Positions 8,650-19,070 of a DNA stretch of 64,000 nucleotides are shown in pieces. The notes under the pieces were generated by a model. The model was not told where the DNA came from. It worked only from the letters and a program-made list of their open reading frames with translations, and made no database searches. This DNA is from a virus: IMG/VR virus record IMGVR_UViG_3300033153_012010, positions 4,088 through 68,087 of that record; one strand, 5' to 3'. The position numbers and the translations under genes are program-made. Numbering within the stretch: position 1 is the first letter of the stretch; the number at the start of each line of letters is the position of its first letter.

Positions 8650-9786
8650 ATGTCAATGAAAACAGAAATGAAAATAGAAGAATTAAAGTCTTTAATAGCA
8701 AATTGTATCAGGAATGAGAATTTGCACGAATCACTTCCTGAAGGTGCTATAGAAAAGATTAAAGAAAGAATACTTGCAAGAAACAGTAATTCATCTGTTC
8801 AAGAAATTCCAGAAGTAGTTAATGAAAACTCTCCTAACATAAATACTGATGATAGAAAGTTTCCAGATGATAGAAACTTAGCAACTTCACCAAACAATCA
8901 ACAAGATTTAGGCGCTGATACAGCTCCAAAAGTTGATGTTCCTGCTGGAGCAGTACCTATAAACCCCCCTATGGAGCCTACTATGGGTTATCAACCAGAA
9001 CTTCCAGAGATGCTACAGAAAGCAGAGCCAGGAGAAATATTTGTATTTGATTATAATGAAGTTGGAGAAAGCGGAGAAAACCTTAGTCTTAAACCGATGA
9101 GGCTTATGGATGACCCAGATGTAAAGAAGTCAATGAATGACTTTTGGATTCAAGAAGGGAAAACTAAAGCAGTTGTATATGTTGCTAAGTTTGAAAAAAT
9201 GGGTGAGATTGAATTTAATTATGCAGACGGAACTAGTCAGTTCACTGAAACAGCTGCATTGCCAGACCACGCAGGTGGAGCAGAATATAAAGATAATCCT
9301 TATATGCCAGATGCAACTCCTCAAATAGATGGAGCTACACAAAATGACCTTGAAACTTATATTAAAACATCTATTGACCTTGACCAAGTTGTTCATGACA
9401 TCGTGATGAATATTGTTAAAGACTCATTGTTGACAAATACTGAGAAAGCTGTAAACGACCCAGTTGGGGAGATTGGAGACGAAGGAATACCTGGAATGAA
9501 TGAAGATATTGCAGCTAGAGAAGATAGACCAGGATTTGGTGCAGATGTAGCACAACTTGTTAAGCCAATGGAAGAAGAATTCACGCTTTCAATGGGAGAA
9601 ATTGCTGAAGGAGATAAATATCAAAAAGTAGATTTACCAGAAGAATTAAATGAAGCAATTAAATCTGGAGATAAAAAATTACTTATTGTAGAAAACGAAG
9701 ATATGCAGAAATGGGAATTCGGAGACACTACTTATTACACTCCAGTCAATAGACTTTCAAAAACAAAAGGATACATTAAATCTTAA
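8650..9786 (+). CDS. Hypothetical acidic protein, probable internal head protein
   Basis: TATTTATA at 8630; MKIEELKSLIANCI N-terminus; several [LIVM]xE sites. Confidence 0.65.
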   Translation: MSMKTEMKIEELKSLIANCIRNENLHESLPEGAIEKIKERILARNSNSSVQEIPEVVNENSPNINTDDRKFPDDRNLATSPNNQQDLGADTAPKVDVPAGAVPINPPMEPTMGYQPELPEMLQKAEPGEIFVFDYNEVGESGENLSLKPMRLMDDPDVKKSMNDFWIQEGKTKAVVYVAKFEKMGEIEFNYADGTSQFTETAALPDHAGGAEYKDNPYMPDATPQIDGATQNDLETYIKTSIDLDQVVHDIVMNIVKDSLLTNTEKAVNDPVGEIGDEGIPGMNEDIAAREDRPGFGADVAQLVKPMEEEFTLSMGEIAEGDKYQKVDLPEELNEAIKSGDKKLLIVENEDMQKWEFGDTTYYTPVNRLSKTKGYIKS

Positions 9787-9838
9787 AATTACTTTACTTT
9801 AAGATATTGAATCACTACTTTATTTAAAAACATTTATT

Positions 9839-10111
9839 ATGGATACTTGGAAAATTAAAAATATTACTGAAAACCCAGTTAAGCTGGCAATAGCTCTTGG
9901 AGCAAATAAAAATCCTGGAATTATTTTAAAACCTGGAGAGATGGTTTTATCTATAGCAAAACTTACAGCTCCACTTGATGCTCAAGAGAGAAGAGGAGTT
10001 GTTGAAGTAGATAGAGCATTTGATAACTCAAAATTAAACCTACCACTTGGAAAGGCGATGATTGATATTGAAGCTGCAATTAAAAATGTAGAAAATTATT
10101 CTGGAGAATAA
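9839..10111 (+). CDS. Hypothetical protein
   Basis: 90-aa ORF with an A-rich start context, followed by a terminator. Confidence 0.7.
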   Translation: MDTWKIKNITENPVKLAIALGANKNPGIILKPGEMVLSIAKLTAPLDAQERRGVVEVDRAFDNSKLNLPLGKAMIDIEAAIKNVENYSGE

Positions 10112-10141
10112 TCAAAATATAACGAACTAAAAATCAGTAAG

Positions 10142-10168
10142 AAGAGATAAGAAATTATCTCTTTTTTT
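10142..10168 (+). terminator. Intrinsic terminator
   Basis: aagagataa-gaaa-ttatctctt followed by a T run. Confidence 0.8.
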
Positions 10169-10231
10169 GTTTTTTCGCTATAAGTGTTGATTTTATCATT
10201 GTCAAATTTTATATTTTAAAAAACTTAAGTT

Positions 10232-10525
10232 ATGTTAGATACCGAAATAAACTCATTACATGGATTGTTAATTATTGCTGTTGTAGAATACTGGCACGGC
10301 AAAGTTCTTTTTGAACAGAATGATTCCATAATAAGAGATAGACTCAGTGAATATCTATTAGAGAAAATCAATGTAGAAATTTCTGGAATAGAATGGGACG
10401 AGGATGTTTTATTAATTGAAAAGGGTTGTGCTGGAGCAACAATCATTTTTGTTGATGAGAACGGAAAAGAAAAAAGAGTAGATTTTGAAACAGCGATTAC
10501 AAAAACATTAGTACATGAAAGATAA
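10232..10525 (+). CDS. Hypothetical protein
   Basis: 97-aa ORF overlapping the start of the downstream glycosyltransferase. Confidence 0.6.
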   Translation: MLDTEINSLHGLLIIAVVEYWHGKVLFEQNDSIIRDRLSEYLLEKINVEISGIEWDEDVLLIEKGCAGATIIFVDENGKEKRVDFETAITKTLVHER

Positions 10526-11867
10526 GATTAAGGTATTAGTTATACCATCAGACACAATGGGTGTAGGACACTTCCGTTCTATATGGCCAGCACAAGAAAT
10601 AGAAAAAAACTTTAGCGATGAAATAGAAGTTGAGATTAATCACAGACCTAATATTTCAAACATTGAATACTTTAAATCATTTGATATAATCCACTTCCAC
10701 AGACACATTGGACCTTATGAAGGTTCTGCTGAATTGTTTCCAAAGATACAAGCTTCAGGGACAAAGTTGATTATGGATATTGATGATTTCTGGGAGCCGC
10801 CAACAACTCATCCACTTTATGAAATTGCTAAGAAAGATAATTTATCAGGAAAGATTAGTGGAAACTTATCACTAGCTGACTGTATTACTACAACCACAGA
10901 TGTTTTTGCAAAAGAAATTAGAAAACATAATAAAGATGTTTATGTGATTCCTAATGCATTAAACATGGAACATAAAATGTGGAAGTCTGAAGTTTCTGAA
11001 AACAAAACTGACAGATGTAGAATCTCATGGATTGGTGGTTCATCTCACTTGCATGACCTTGAATTAATGAGACATGGGTTTACTCAGCTTTGGGGAAACA
11101 AAGAATTAGAAGACAAGTTTCAAATTATAATGTGTGGATTTGATACCAGAGGAAGCATTACTGAAATGAAACCAGACGGTTCACAAACAACAAGGCAGAT
11201 AAAACCTCACGAGACTGTATGGCTTAAGTTTGAAGATATTTTTACAAATGGACATAAAGGTCAAAAGAAAGACCCAGACTATTATAAGTGGTTAGATAAG
11301 ATAGCGAAGCCTAAATCAAGCGATTATAAAGACGACCAATATACAAAAGACTTTGTTAGAAGATGGACACTTCCTCTTACTCAATATGGAAAGCATTATG
11401 ATTACTGTGATGTTTGTTTAGCTCCATTAGTTGATGAATACGAAGAAAAAATAATTCATCAAAAGAAAACTGGAGGACAGGCGGTCCAAGTTAAAAAAAG
11501 AAGACATGTTTTTAATGAAGTTAAATCAGAACTTAAAATAATTGAAGCTGGTATGAAGAAGAAAGTTCTCATCGCTCAAGATTTTGGTATTTATAAAGAG
11601 CTTATTGAAGATGGTGTAACTGGACTTCTTGTTAAGAATGATAAGAAGGATTGGTACAAGCACATGAAGACAGTTATTAATGACCCAGCATACAGACAAG
11701 AGCTTGCTGATAATCTTCACGAATATGTTAAAGACAAATATAACATAACCAACGTTACTGCAGATAGAGTTAAGATGTATAAAGAAATTCTTAAAGAAAA
11801 AAAACCTTTTATTATGGAAGGTGTAATTCAAGAGACTAGTAAAGAAACAAAAAACAGACCTTATTAA
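10515..11867 (+). CDS. Glycosyltransferase, GT-B fold (GT4-like)
   Basis: GVGHFR, MDIDD, VIPNA, WIGGSSH..DL, D.CLAPL, FN..KS.LK..EAG and DGVTGLLV motifs. Confidence 0.88.
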   Translation: MKDKIKVLVIPSDTMGVGHFRSIWPAQEIEKNFSDEIEVEINHRPNISNIEYFKSFDIIHFHRHIGPYEGSAELFPKIQASGTKLIMDIDDFWEPPTTHPLYEIAKKDNLSGKISGNLSLADCITTTTDVFAKEIRKHNKDVYVIPNALNMEHKMWKSEVSENKTDRCRISWIGGSSHLHDLELMRHGFTQLWGNKELEDKFQIIMCGFDTRGSITEMKPDGSQTTRQIKPHETVWLKFEDIFTNGHKGQKKDPDYYKWLDKIAKPKSSDYKDDQYTKDFVRRWTLPLTQYGKHYDYCDVCLAPLVDEYEEKIIHQKKTGGQAVQVKKRRHVFNEVKSELKIIEAGMKKKVLIAQDFGIYKELIEDGVTGLLVKNDKKDWYKHMKTVINDPAYRQELADNLHEYVKDKYNITNVTADRVKMYKEILKEKKPFIMEGVIQETSKETKNRPY

Positions 11868-11869
11868 AT

Positions 11870-11908
11870 AAAAAAAACGAACCAAATGTGGTTCGCTTTT
11901 TTCTTTTT
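11870..11908. terminator. Bidirectional intrinsic terminator
   Basis: A run, cgaacca-aatg-tggttcg stem, then T run, between convergent genes. Confidence 0.8.
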
Positions 11909-11922
11909 CATCCTGGAGAGGA

Positions 11923-14247
11923 TTACAACTTAATAGTTGCCATTTTATCTATAACGCTACAATCAACGTCAGTACCATCAAATGGTAATGTCATTTCATT
12001 GTCTTCTCTGCTTTCAAATTCTGAGAACCAAGATTTTCCAACGATTGTTAAGAATTTAGCTCTTGAGATTTGCCCCATAAGCTTGGTTTTAGTTCCTCTG
12101 AAATCATCAGACTTAGCATAAATCCATTCTTCAATCATCTTCATTTTCTTTTCATCATTAAAGCTTCCAAGAGTGCTTTCGAATAATAAGAATTCTTTAA
12201 TTGCAGGAGCAGCTAATAATTCTTTACTAGACAAACTATCTTCGAGTTTTGCGATAATTTTAGTCTCAGCACTTTCGAACTCTTTCTTAGTAGGATTAGC
12301 TGTAAGACCTTTGATTTTAACAACAAGTGTGTTAACCTCAATTTCTTCTTGCATCTTCTCTACTTTACTCTTAGGTGAAAACCCATTAGCTGTAAGTCCG
12401 ATTTCTTTAAGCCAAGTTGTAGCCTCTTCACCATATAAGTCAAGGAAACCTTTACTCGCTCCATCAAAGAATCTCTTCTTATATTGTCCGAACACATAGT
12501 TAGAAGCTTTAAGCTTCGCAAGTTCGTGAGCTTGTTTAAATAAATCTTCCGCAGAAGAAGTCTTAACCATTTGTCTGTTGATAACAGGTAATTCAGAAAA
12601 GTTAAGAACATAAACCATTACAGAGTTATATGTTTCACCTTTTAACAATCCATTAGCTTGTAATGTATCGAAAGTTGCTTGATTTAAACTTACTGGTAAT
12701 TGGTAAGTATGAATTACACCATCTTGGATGATTGTATAATTTCTGAAAATTTGTGTATCAAACTTCTCTACAATTCCAAAATCATTAGAAGGAATATTTA
12801 CATAACCTTTGTAGTTAACAAGAACTGAAAGGTTTGCTCTCTTCTCGTTCCAAGTAAGGTTTGAGAATGGAGAAGATGGCATCTCATCATTGAATTCAAA
12901 CTTCAATGTTTCAGTTGTTCTATTTTCAACTTCTTTCATTTTAGCTGCAAGAGCTGCAATGTCACCAGACTCAGTTAAGAGTTTGATTTCATCTTTATCT
13001 TCATCAGTCATATTTGATTTCTCAGAAACTGCTTTACCTCCAGTTCTCTTGTAGGTAAAAGCATCGTGTCTAGGATACCATAAATTTTCATCACTAGACA
13101 TAAGAGTGTCAAGCATATCCATAACACAATAAGCATCTTCTGCAGGCTCAAGGTCTGGGTCGTACCCTTCAATGAATCTTTCTTTTGAATCTCTCATAGC
13201 ATTTAAGAACTTAGCTTCAAGTTCATTAATTTTTTGAGTTCCGAAAGTATTTGCTTTCTCAGTAATTAAATAAGCATCTCCTAAAAACTTAAGAATCTCA
13301 GAAACCATATTGTAATCACTTTTTCTTGAGTATGCGAATGCAGCTCCATAAAGTCCTGCGAACATATTTTTTATTGAAGTGTCACCATCCAATATAGAAT
13401 CAGATATATAATTTTCATCTCCAAGGTCTGTTCCAGTAGGAGTATCTTCAGTAAAGTAGAAAAATTCTACATCACCTTCAGTGCTCACAAAAATTTCGTT
13501 GTTTTCATTTGGAAGGTAAGTGATAATATCACCATCAACAATATTAAACACAACACCATCATGCGGTGTGTTCTCAAGAGAAACATATCTTCTCTTTGCT
13601 GATTGTCTATTGCTAAAAGCTTTCTCTACGTATGGCTCATACTCATCAAAGTTTTCACTAAATGTATGAACTCCACCTACTGTAGTAGCCATTTCATTAA
13701 GAAGTTGTTTGTTGCAGTACCAACCATATTCTACGATTGTTGCACTAGCAAGTTCTTCTTTTACATTTTCAATTGCTTCAAGAATTTCTCCTGTAGAAGA
13801 ACAGTTATCATACCCATCCGTTAAGAAGAATAGTGTGTGAAGCATTTCAGGATTTCTAACACCAACTCTTCTGATTACTTCTTTCAATTCAACAAGAGGT
13901 TCTCTAAATGCTGTTAGACCTTGAGGTGTTAAATATCTTTCGATACTTTCTTTCACTTGATTTAATTTGATTGCGCTATCTACGTGATAGTCTTCAAGAA
14001 GAACTCCAAATTGACCTCTACCAGAAAACCACATAATCGTTACCGAATCTTTTGGCTTTAACAAAGTTGAGATTTTATTATAAAGGTCTCTTCTGATTTC
14101 TGATAGTTCATAATACATAGACCCTGAACAGTCAATAATAAATGTGTGATGTGCCGATACATCGACAGACTTTTCTGCACTTTGCTCAGGGCTTACAACC
14201 TGATTAAAAAAGTAAAGTCTGTCCGTGGCTTTTAAAAACTTAGACAT
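11923..14247 (-). CDS. von Willebrand factor A (MIDAS) domain protein
   Basis: FIIDCSGSM (DxSxS), GLTAF and FFLTDGYDN motifs in the N-terminal ~200 aa. Confidence 0.88.
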   Translation of the reverse strand: MSKFLKATDRLYFFNQVVSPEQSAEKSVDVSAHHTFIIDCSGSMYYELSEIRRDLYNKISTLLKPKDSVTIMWFSGRGQFGVLLEDYHVDSAIKLNQVKESIERYLTPQGLTAFREPLVELKEVIRRVGVRNPEMLHTLFFLTDGYDNCSSTGEILEAIENVKEELASATIVEYGWYCNKQLLNEMATTVGGVHTFSENFDEYEPYVEKAFSNRQSAKRRYVSLENTPHDGVVFNIVDGDIITYLPNENNEIFVSTEGDVEFFYFTEDTPTGTDLGDENYISDSILDGDTSIKNMFAGLYGAAFAYSRKSDYNMVSEILKFLGDAYLITEKANTFGTQKINELEAKFLNAMRDSKERFIEGYDPDLEPAEDAYCVMDMLDTLMSSDENLWYPRHDAFTYKRTGGKAVSEKSNMTDEDKDEIKLLTESGDIAALAAKMKEVENRTTETLKFEFNDEMPSSPFSNLTWNEKRANLSVLVNYKGYVNIPSNDFGIVEKFDTQIFRNYTIIQDGVIHTYQLPVSLNQATFDTLQANGLLKGETYNSVMVYVLNFSELPVINRQMVKTSSAEDLFKQAHELAKLKASNYVFGQYKKRFFDGASKGFLDLYGEEATTWLKEIGLTANGFSPKSKVEKMQEEIEVNTLVVKIKGLTANPTKKEFESAETKIIAKLEDSLSSKELLAAPAIKEFLLFESTLGSFNDEKKMKMIEEWIYAKSDDFRGTKTKLMGQISRAKFLTIVGKSWFSEFESREDNEMTLPFDGTDVDCSVIDKMATIKL

Positions 14248-14285
14248 AATGTTTATTGTTTGTTAAAAAATTTTAATTGTCGAAG

Positions 14286-14317
14286 CGAAGATATGGAAAA
14301 ATAATTACTTAGTCAAA
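14286..14317 (-). promoter_or_regulatory. Bacteroidota-type housekeeping promoter (variant)
   Basis: Minus strand TTTG-N20-TATCTTCG upstream of the vWA gene; one mismatch to TAnnTTTG. Confidence 0.6.
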
Positions 14318-14381
14318 ATATTCTTGATTTATTGTCTTTTTTAGTGTATTTATTAGAAAGAGCATTTAATCAAAAAATACA

Positions 14382-15212
14382 ATGAAAGATATTAGTTATA
14401 ATTTTGGGGCCATAAGAGATAGTATTGCAAGACTTTCTTCTGCTGAGTTGATGAACACAAATAAAAGCACAACTCTTAATGAGTATGTTGCAAAAACTCA
14501 AGCAAGCCCAGACTTAAAAAAACAACAATTAATTTACAAGAACATCCAGGATTGTAAGCCATTCGAAAAAGAAAGGTTAGCTGAAAGATTTTTAAATCAA
14601 AACTTGAGTATGTTTAAAAATTCAGATTGGAATCAAATTATGTTTGAAAACAAACAATTGAGATATGATTTCCTTGGAGCTCCAGATGTAAGTCACGTTA
14701 CAGTAAACGGTGGAGATGGTAGATTATTTGAAGCTATCAATACAATGATAGAATCTATATGCAACAAAGGGTTTTCAAATTTTGAAGCTGAAGGTAAAGC
14801 ATATGAATTCATTCTTGAACACCTTACTAGAGAGGTAATAGAAGAAGAAATTTCTGCAGAATCAAATGATGCTCCTAATTTAAAAAACACTTGGGAGTTT
14901 ATAACAAAACTTGCTGTTAATAATTTCAATGAAAGATATGAACACTTGAATGATTCTGAGAAAGAAGTTCTTGGAGTTCTTATTTCTAACACCAGCAATA
15001 AAGAAGAATACCTTGAAGGTATTATAAAAGAAAATGTTGAATTGATTGAATCAATTCTTAAGAATTCTGATAATGGTCAGCACGATGTTTTAAAGGAATT
15101 CAAAACAAAGCTAGAGGGGATGAGTGAAGTTTCATCTGATGTAATTGATGAATCTATACTAGAATGCATTGACCTTAGACAAGAGCTTAACGATATAAAA
15201 ATAACCCTATAA
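14382..15212 (+). CDS. Hypothetical protein (late, head-module associated)
   Basis: 276-aa ORF; TATTTATT at 14347. Confidence 0.75.
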   Translation: MKDISYNFGAIRDSIARLSSAELMNTNKSTTLNEYVAKTQASPDLKKQQLIYKNIQDCKPFEKERLAERFLNQNLSMFKNSDWNQIMFENKQLRYDFLGAPDVSHVTVNGGDGRLFEAINTMIESICNKGFSNFEAEGKAYEFILEHLTREVIEEEISAESNDAPNLKNTWEFITKLAVNNFNERYEHLNDSEKEVLGVLISNTSNKEEYLEGIIKENVELIESILKNSDNGQHDVLKEFKTKLEGMSEVSSDVIDESILECIDLRQELNDIKITL

Positions 15213-15235
15213 CGATTATTTTAATACTGTGCAAG

Positions 15236-15263
15236 AAAAAGTGAGATTATTTCTCACTTTTTT
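15236..15263 (+). terminator. Intrinsic terminator
   Basis: aaaaagtgaga-ttatt-tctcactttttt. Confidence 0.85.
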
Positions 15264-15314
15264 TGGTTTACAGATATATCTTTCCTATATTTCTATATTA
15301 AGAATAAGATAAAT

Positions 15315-15833
15315 ATGGAAGAAGTTAAAGCGAAGAGAACAGCGAGGGAAATTAAAATTAGTGATGAACTGCTGGACAATAAGAACATCAATGTAAAGAT
15401 AGGGACTGTGGAGAATAGAGAAGCTCCAGAGACGGTTTATATATTTATTAGTTTTTGGGCAAAGCCAGTCGAAGGAATATCTGATGAATCTCAAGATTTT
15501 TTAAAAGAGATTCTAAATAGAGAGTTAGATAAAATTTATAAAAAGGATTTAAAAGATAATCTAAACGATAATCAGTATTTTACAAACGAGGAGAATAACA
15601 TATATCTAAAAAACATCCCAGAGAATATCAACTACAATAACAAGAGGAATTTTATATCACTAGAATTATACTTGCACACACTTAACATTCAAGGAACAAG
15701 AAGGCTTCCACTAAGCAACAAAAAGAATACAGAGCTATTTCAAGAAGCTCTGAACATTTCAAACATAATCGGAAACTCATCATTCCTATCTGATGAGAAA
15801 GAATTTAAGATTTTTAAAAAATCAATGGGTTAA
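15315..15833 (+). CDS. Hypothetical protein
   Basis: 172-aa ORF. Confidence 0.75.
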   Translation: MEEVKAKRTAREIKISDELLDNKNINVKIGTVENREAPETVYIFISFWAKPVEGISDESQDFLKEILNRELDKIYKKDLKDNLNDNQYFTNEENNIYLKNIPENINYNNKRNFISLELYLHTLNIQGTRRLPLSNKKNTELFQEALNISNIIGNSSFLSDEKEFKIFKKSMG

Positions 15834-16105
15834 TATGAGTGATATTTTTTATATGAAAGAGAACAACAGGTGGGTTGAATTAAAATTCAGAGGAGATTTA
15901 TCAGGTCTAAGTGATGTCTTTGAGTTTATGGAAGATAGTCCTGTTGAAGATAAGGGGGATTTTAGTAGATTAAGATACAGAGCAGGAACGACTCTAACTA
16001 TGGATTATGGTTGTATGAGTACACTAATGGAAAAGGGCGAATTAGTAACAGAAGATGAATATGATAAAAAAAGAATTCAAGATTTTTAAAAAGTCAATGG
16101 GCTAA
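15798..16105 (+). repeat. 36-bp direct repeat pair (15798-15833 and 16070-16105)
   Basis: aaagaatt(t/c)aagatttttaaaaa(a/g)tcaatggg(t/c)taa, three mismatches. Confidence 0.92.
15835..16089 (+). CDS. Small hypothetical protein, apparently inserted
   Basis: ATG two bases after the upstream stop; flanked by a 36-bp direct repeat. Confidence 0.65.
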   Translation: MSDIFYMKENNRWVELKFRGDLSGLSDVFEFMEDSPVEDKGDFSRLRYRAGTTLTMDYGCMSTLMEKGELVTEDEYDKKRIQDF

Positions 16106-16127
16106 TTTATTTTATCCATTGATTTAT

Positions 16128-16156
16128 AATCCTCCTTCCCCAAGGGGGATTTTTTT
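16128..16156 (+). terminator. Intrinsic terminator
   Basis: aatcctcctt-cccc-aagggggatt followed by a T run. Confidence 0.7.
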
Positions 16157-16186
16157 ATGCTATTTATTAGAAACAAACTAGCAGCT

Positions 16187-16906
16187 ATGAAAATTACCAA
16201 AGAACAACTAAAAAATTTCATCAATGAGAATTACGATGATGAATATGGAACTCCAGGTAAACCAGATTATTGGGGAGTAGAAGATGATATGTCTGACCTA
16301 GATAAATACAGAAGTGAAACAGATGACTATAGAGGATATGGTGATGAATCAGTTTCTCCTGGATACCTAGGTGAAGAAGGTGGAGATAGTGCAGTTGATT
16401 ATTCTGAAGAAATTTCAAACTGGGATAGTTTAAGTGACAGAGAAAGACAGGATATAATTGCCGCTCTGAAGACTGACTTTGAACGTTCTTTAAATGAGGG
16501 TAGAGAAGTTGAGATAACAGAGAAACAACTTAGCAAATTAGTTAATGAAGGGGTTGAAAGACTTCATAAGAGAACTCTTGCAGAAAATAGACTGGAAGAA
16601 ATTAATCAAGAACTTAATGCGCTTAATAATCCAGAAGCTTGGCAACAAGCTCGTGATAATGCACAAGCAGAACTTGAAAAGAAAAATATTAACTGGCAAA
16701 GTATAACTCAAAGAATTGGTGGATTAATTTCTGAAATGAGTTTCAGAGATGTTGAAATTCCAGTTGAAGCTCCAAAAGACACAGCTACTATTGAAGCGAA
16801 TACACAATGGAAGAAAGTTCAAAAAGAAAGTGTTGCTGAAATAATGGGACGTGCTTCAGATTTAATGGCAGAAGCTAAGAAGAAATATCAAGACATTTCA
16901 AAGTAA
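16187..16906 (+). CDS. Hypothetical acidic protein, probable internal head protein
   Basis: TATTTATT at 16161 puts the start at ATG 16187; duplicated motif KITKEQLKNFINE / EITEKQLSKLVNE. Confidence 0.7.
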   Translation: MKITKEQLKNFINENYDDEYGTPGKPDYWGVEDDMSDLDKYRSETDDYRGYGDESVSPGYLGEEGGDSAVDYSEEISNWDSLSDRERQDIIAALKTDFERSLNEGREVEITEKQLSKLVNEGVERLHKRTLAENRLEEINQELNALNNPEAWQQARDNAQAELEKKNINWQSITQRIGGLISEMSFRDVEIPVEAPKDTATIEANTQWKKVQKESVAEIMGRASDLMAEAKKKYQDISK

Positions 16907-16924
16907 TATACTTTATAAATTTAT

Positions 16925-16952
16925 AAAACCTCAATTTATTGGGGTTTTTTTT
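16925..16952 (+). terminator. Intrinsic terminator
   Basis: aaaacctcaat / attggggtttt hairpin followed by a T run. Confidence 0.7.
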
Positions 16953-17011
16953 ATTTACCACCTAGATTTTGAAAAAATCAGGTATTTATAAGAGAACACA
17001 CATTAACAATT

Positions 17012-17680
17012 ATGATTAAAACTAGTGAAAAATATATTATCTCAGAATTTTATGAATTTAAAGTTGATTCAAAATTAATTACTGAATCTGAGAAAGCAGG
17101 GAAACCATTAGTAATGACTGGTATCCTACAAAAGGCAGACACTCTAAATAGAAATGGTAGAGTTTATCCTTACGAAATATTAAAAAGAGAAGCAGACAAA
17201 TATATGGAGCTTGTAGAGAATCACACGGCAGGTGGAGAACTTGACCATCCAGATTCAGCGGTTGTATCTCTTGCAAATGTATCACACAGAATTTCTGAGA
17301 TGTGGTGGCAAGGAAAAGACCTTTATGGAAAGGTCATCATAGCCGAAGAAACTCCAGCTGGAAAAATTCTTAAGGGACTTCTTAAGTCAGGATTTATGTT
17401 AGGTATTTCTTCAAGAGGAGTTGGGTCTGTAAAATCAAAAGGAGACCAAGATGTAGTACAAGAAGATTTTGAACTTATTGCGTTTGATTTTGTATCATCT
17501 CCATCTACTCCAGGAGCATACTTATTTAAAGAAGGAAAAGGTCACAAACTTATAGGAGCAGGAATGATTCCATTGAGCAATGATTCTGGTGTTCTAACCA
17601 TAGAAGGTGTAAACGAAAAACTTAATCACTACAAGAAAATTCATGAATTATCTCAGAGTGATTTTTGGAAAAATATATAA
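17012..17680 (+). CDS. gp21: Prohead core protease (T4 gp21-like)
   Basis: NRNGRVYP, GELDHP, GISSRGVGS and DFVSSPSTPGA catalytic motifs. Confidence 0.96.
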   Translation: MIKTSEKYIISEFYEFKVDSKLITESEKAGKPLVMTGILQKADTLNRNGRVYPYEILKREADKYMELVENHTAGGELDHPDSAVVSLANVSHRISEMWWQGKDLYGKVIIAEETPAGKILKGLLKSGFMLGISSRGVGSVKSKGDQDVVQEDFELIAFDFVSSPSTPGAYLFKEGKGHKLIGAGMIPLSNDSGVLTIEGVNEKLNHYKKIHELSQSDFWKNI

Positions 17681-17756
17681 AAATATTAAACAGATTTAGG
17701 TTTTACAAAATTTATAAATATTTATTAGAAATCAACAGTCAATAAACAAAATAATT

Positions 17757-19070
17757 ATGAGCGACAAGATTAACAAATCATCACTAAAAGAGGCAATAGC
17801 AAATGTCGAAGAAATTCAAAAGTTTGCAATGGACGAGGCTACAAAAAATCTTCAAGAAGATGTTAGCAAAAAAGTGATTGAGATTATGAATAAATCTATA
17901 GAAGAAAATGTTGTTCAAGAAGAGGTTGTTATTCACGCTGATGATACTACAATAATAATTGACGACAATGGAAACGTTGATGTTGAAACTACAGATTCTA
18001 TAGAAGGTGGGGAAATGGAAATGGAACCAGTTGAAGAACCTATAGATATGGAATCAGGAATAGAAGTTTCTGATGACGAAGATGAAATAACAATTGATAA
18101 CTCAGAAATAGAAGAAATGAATTTAGACGAAACAAACTTCGAAGAGCAAGAAATGGAAGCTCCAGTAGCACCAGAGGCTGCAATTGCACCAGAAGCTCCA
18201 GTAGAAGAAATGCCAGCAGAAATGCCAGCAGAAATGCCAGAAGCAATGCCAGAAGGCGGAGTGCTAGAAACAATAGGCGAAAAGCTTGACACACTTATCA
18301 GTATGATGGGCGGAGAAGCAGGAGCTGGAGAAGTTGAAATCGTTGATGATGCAGGAATGGCACCAGCTATGGCAGAGCCAGAAGCTGCACCAGTTGCAGA
18401 AGAAATTACATTTGAAGTAGTAAACAGTGAAATGGAAATTCCAGAAATGGCAGAGGATGACATCCTTGAAGTTGTTGAGGAAGATACTGTAGACGAGAAT
18501 ACTATGTCTGGTGTAGGAAATGCTCCAAGAAGAGCAGCAGGTAACCAAGGTGAATCTCATGGGAGAACAAAACCAGAGTCAGCTGCAAAAAGAAAAAGAA
18601 TGAATGAAAGCGGAGACGCTGACAAAAATAAAGCTCAAGATGAGGCTAAATTAGCCGAGCTCATTAAGGAAAACGGAAGTTTAAAAGCGGAGAATGAAAA
18701 AATGGAAAAAGGACTTATTAAGTTCGAAAATGGATTCATCAAACTCCAAGAGAATTTTAAAGAAATGCAAGATTACAATGCTAAGTTAGTAATGGCTTAC
18801 AAAGTTGCAATGTCAGGTGGTCTTACAAGTGATGAAAAGATTCAAATATCTGAACAGTTCGACAAGTGCGAAACTGTGAAAGATGCAGAGAATCTTTACA
18901 AATCTATTGTAAATGAACACAAAATCAAGGTTAATAAAAACCCTGAGAAAGCATTAAAAAGCAGCACTGTAAAAACAGTACAAGCTAAGAGCACTTCTCA
19001 ACCTCTATACGAGAGTAAAGAGATTATGAGAATGAAGCAACTTGCTGGAATTAAAAACTTAAACGAATAA
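17757..19070 (+). CDS. Prohead scaffolding protein (gp22-like position)
   Basis: Acidic and coiled-coil; lies between the protease and major capsid genes; C-terminal RMKQLAGI. Confidence 0.8.
   Translation: MSDKINKSSLKEAIANVEEIQKFAMDEATKNLQEDVSKKVIEIMNKSIEENVVQEEVVIHADDTTIIIDDNGNVDVETTDSIEGGEMEMEPVEEPIDMESGIEVSDDEDEITIDNSEIEEMNLDETNFEEQEMEAPVAPEAAIAPEAPVEEMPAEMPAEMPEAMPEGGVLETIGEKLDTLISMMGGEAGAGEVEIVDDAGMAPAMAEPEAAPVAEEITFEVVNSEMEIPEMAEDDILEVVEEDTVDENTMSGVGNAPRRAAGNQGESHGRTKPESAAKRKRMNESGDADKNKAQDEAKLAELIKENGSLKAENEKMEKGLIKFENGFIKLQENFKEMQDYNAKLVMAYKVAMSGGLTSDEKIQISEQFDKCETVKDAENLYKSIVNEHKIKVNKNPEKALKSSTVKTVQAKSTSQPLYESKEIMRMKQLAGIKNLNE

Noticed and set aside
17933-18560. Antisense ORFs over the scaffold gene
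   Set aside because: Shadow frames of a Glu/Ala/Pro-rich gene with no independent expression signals.
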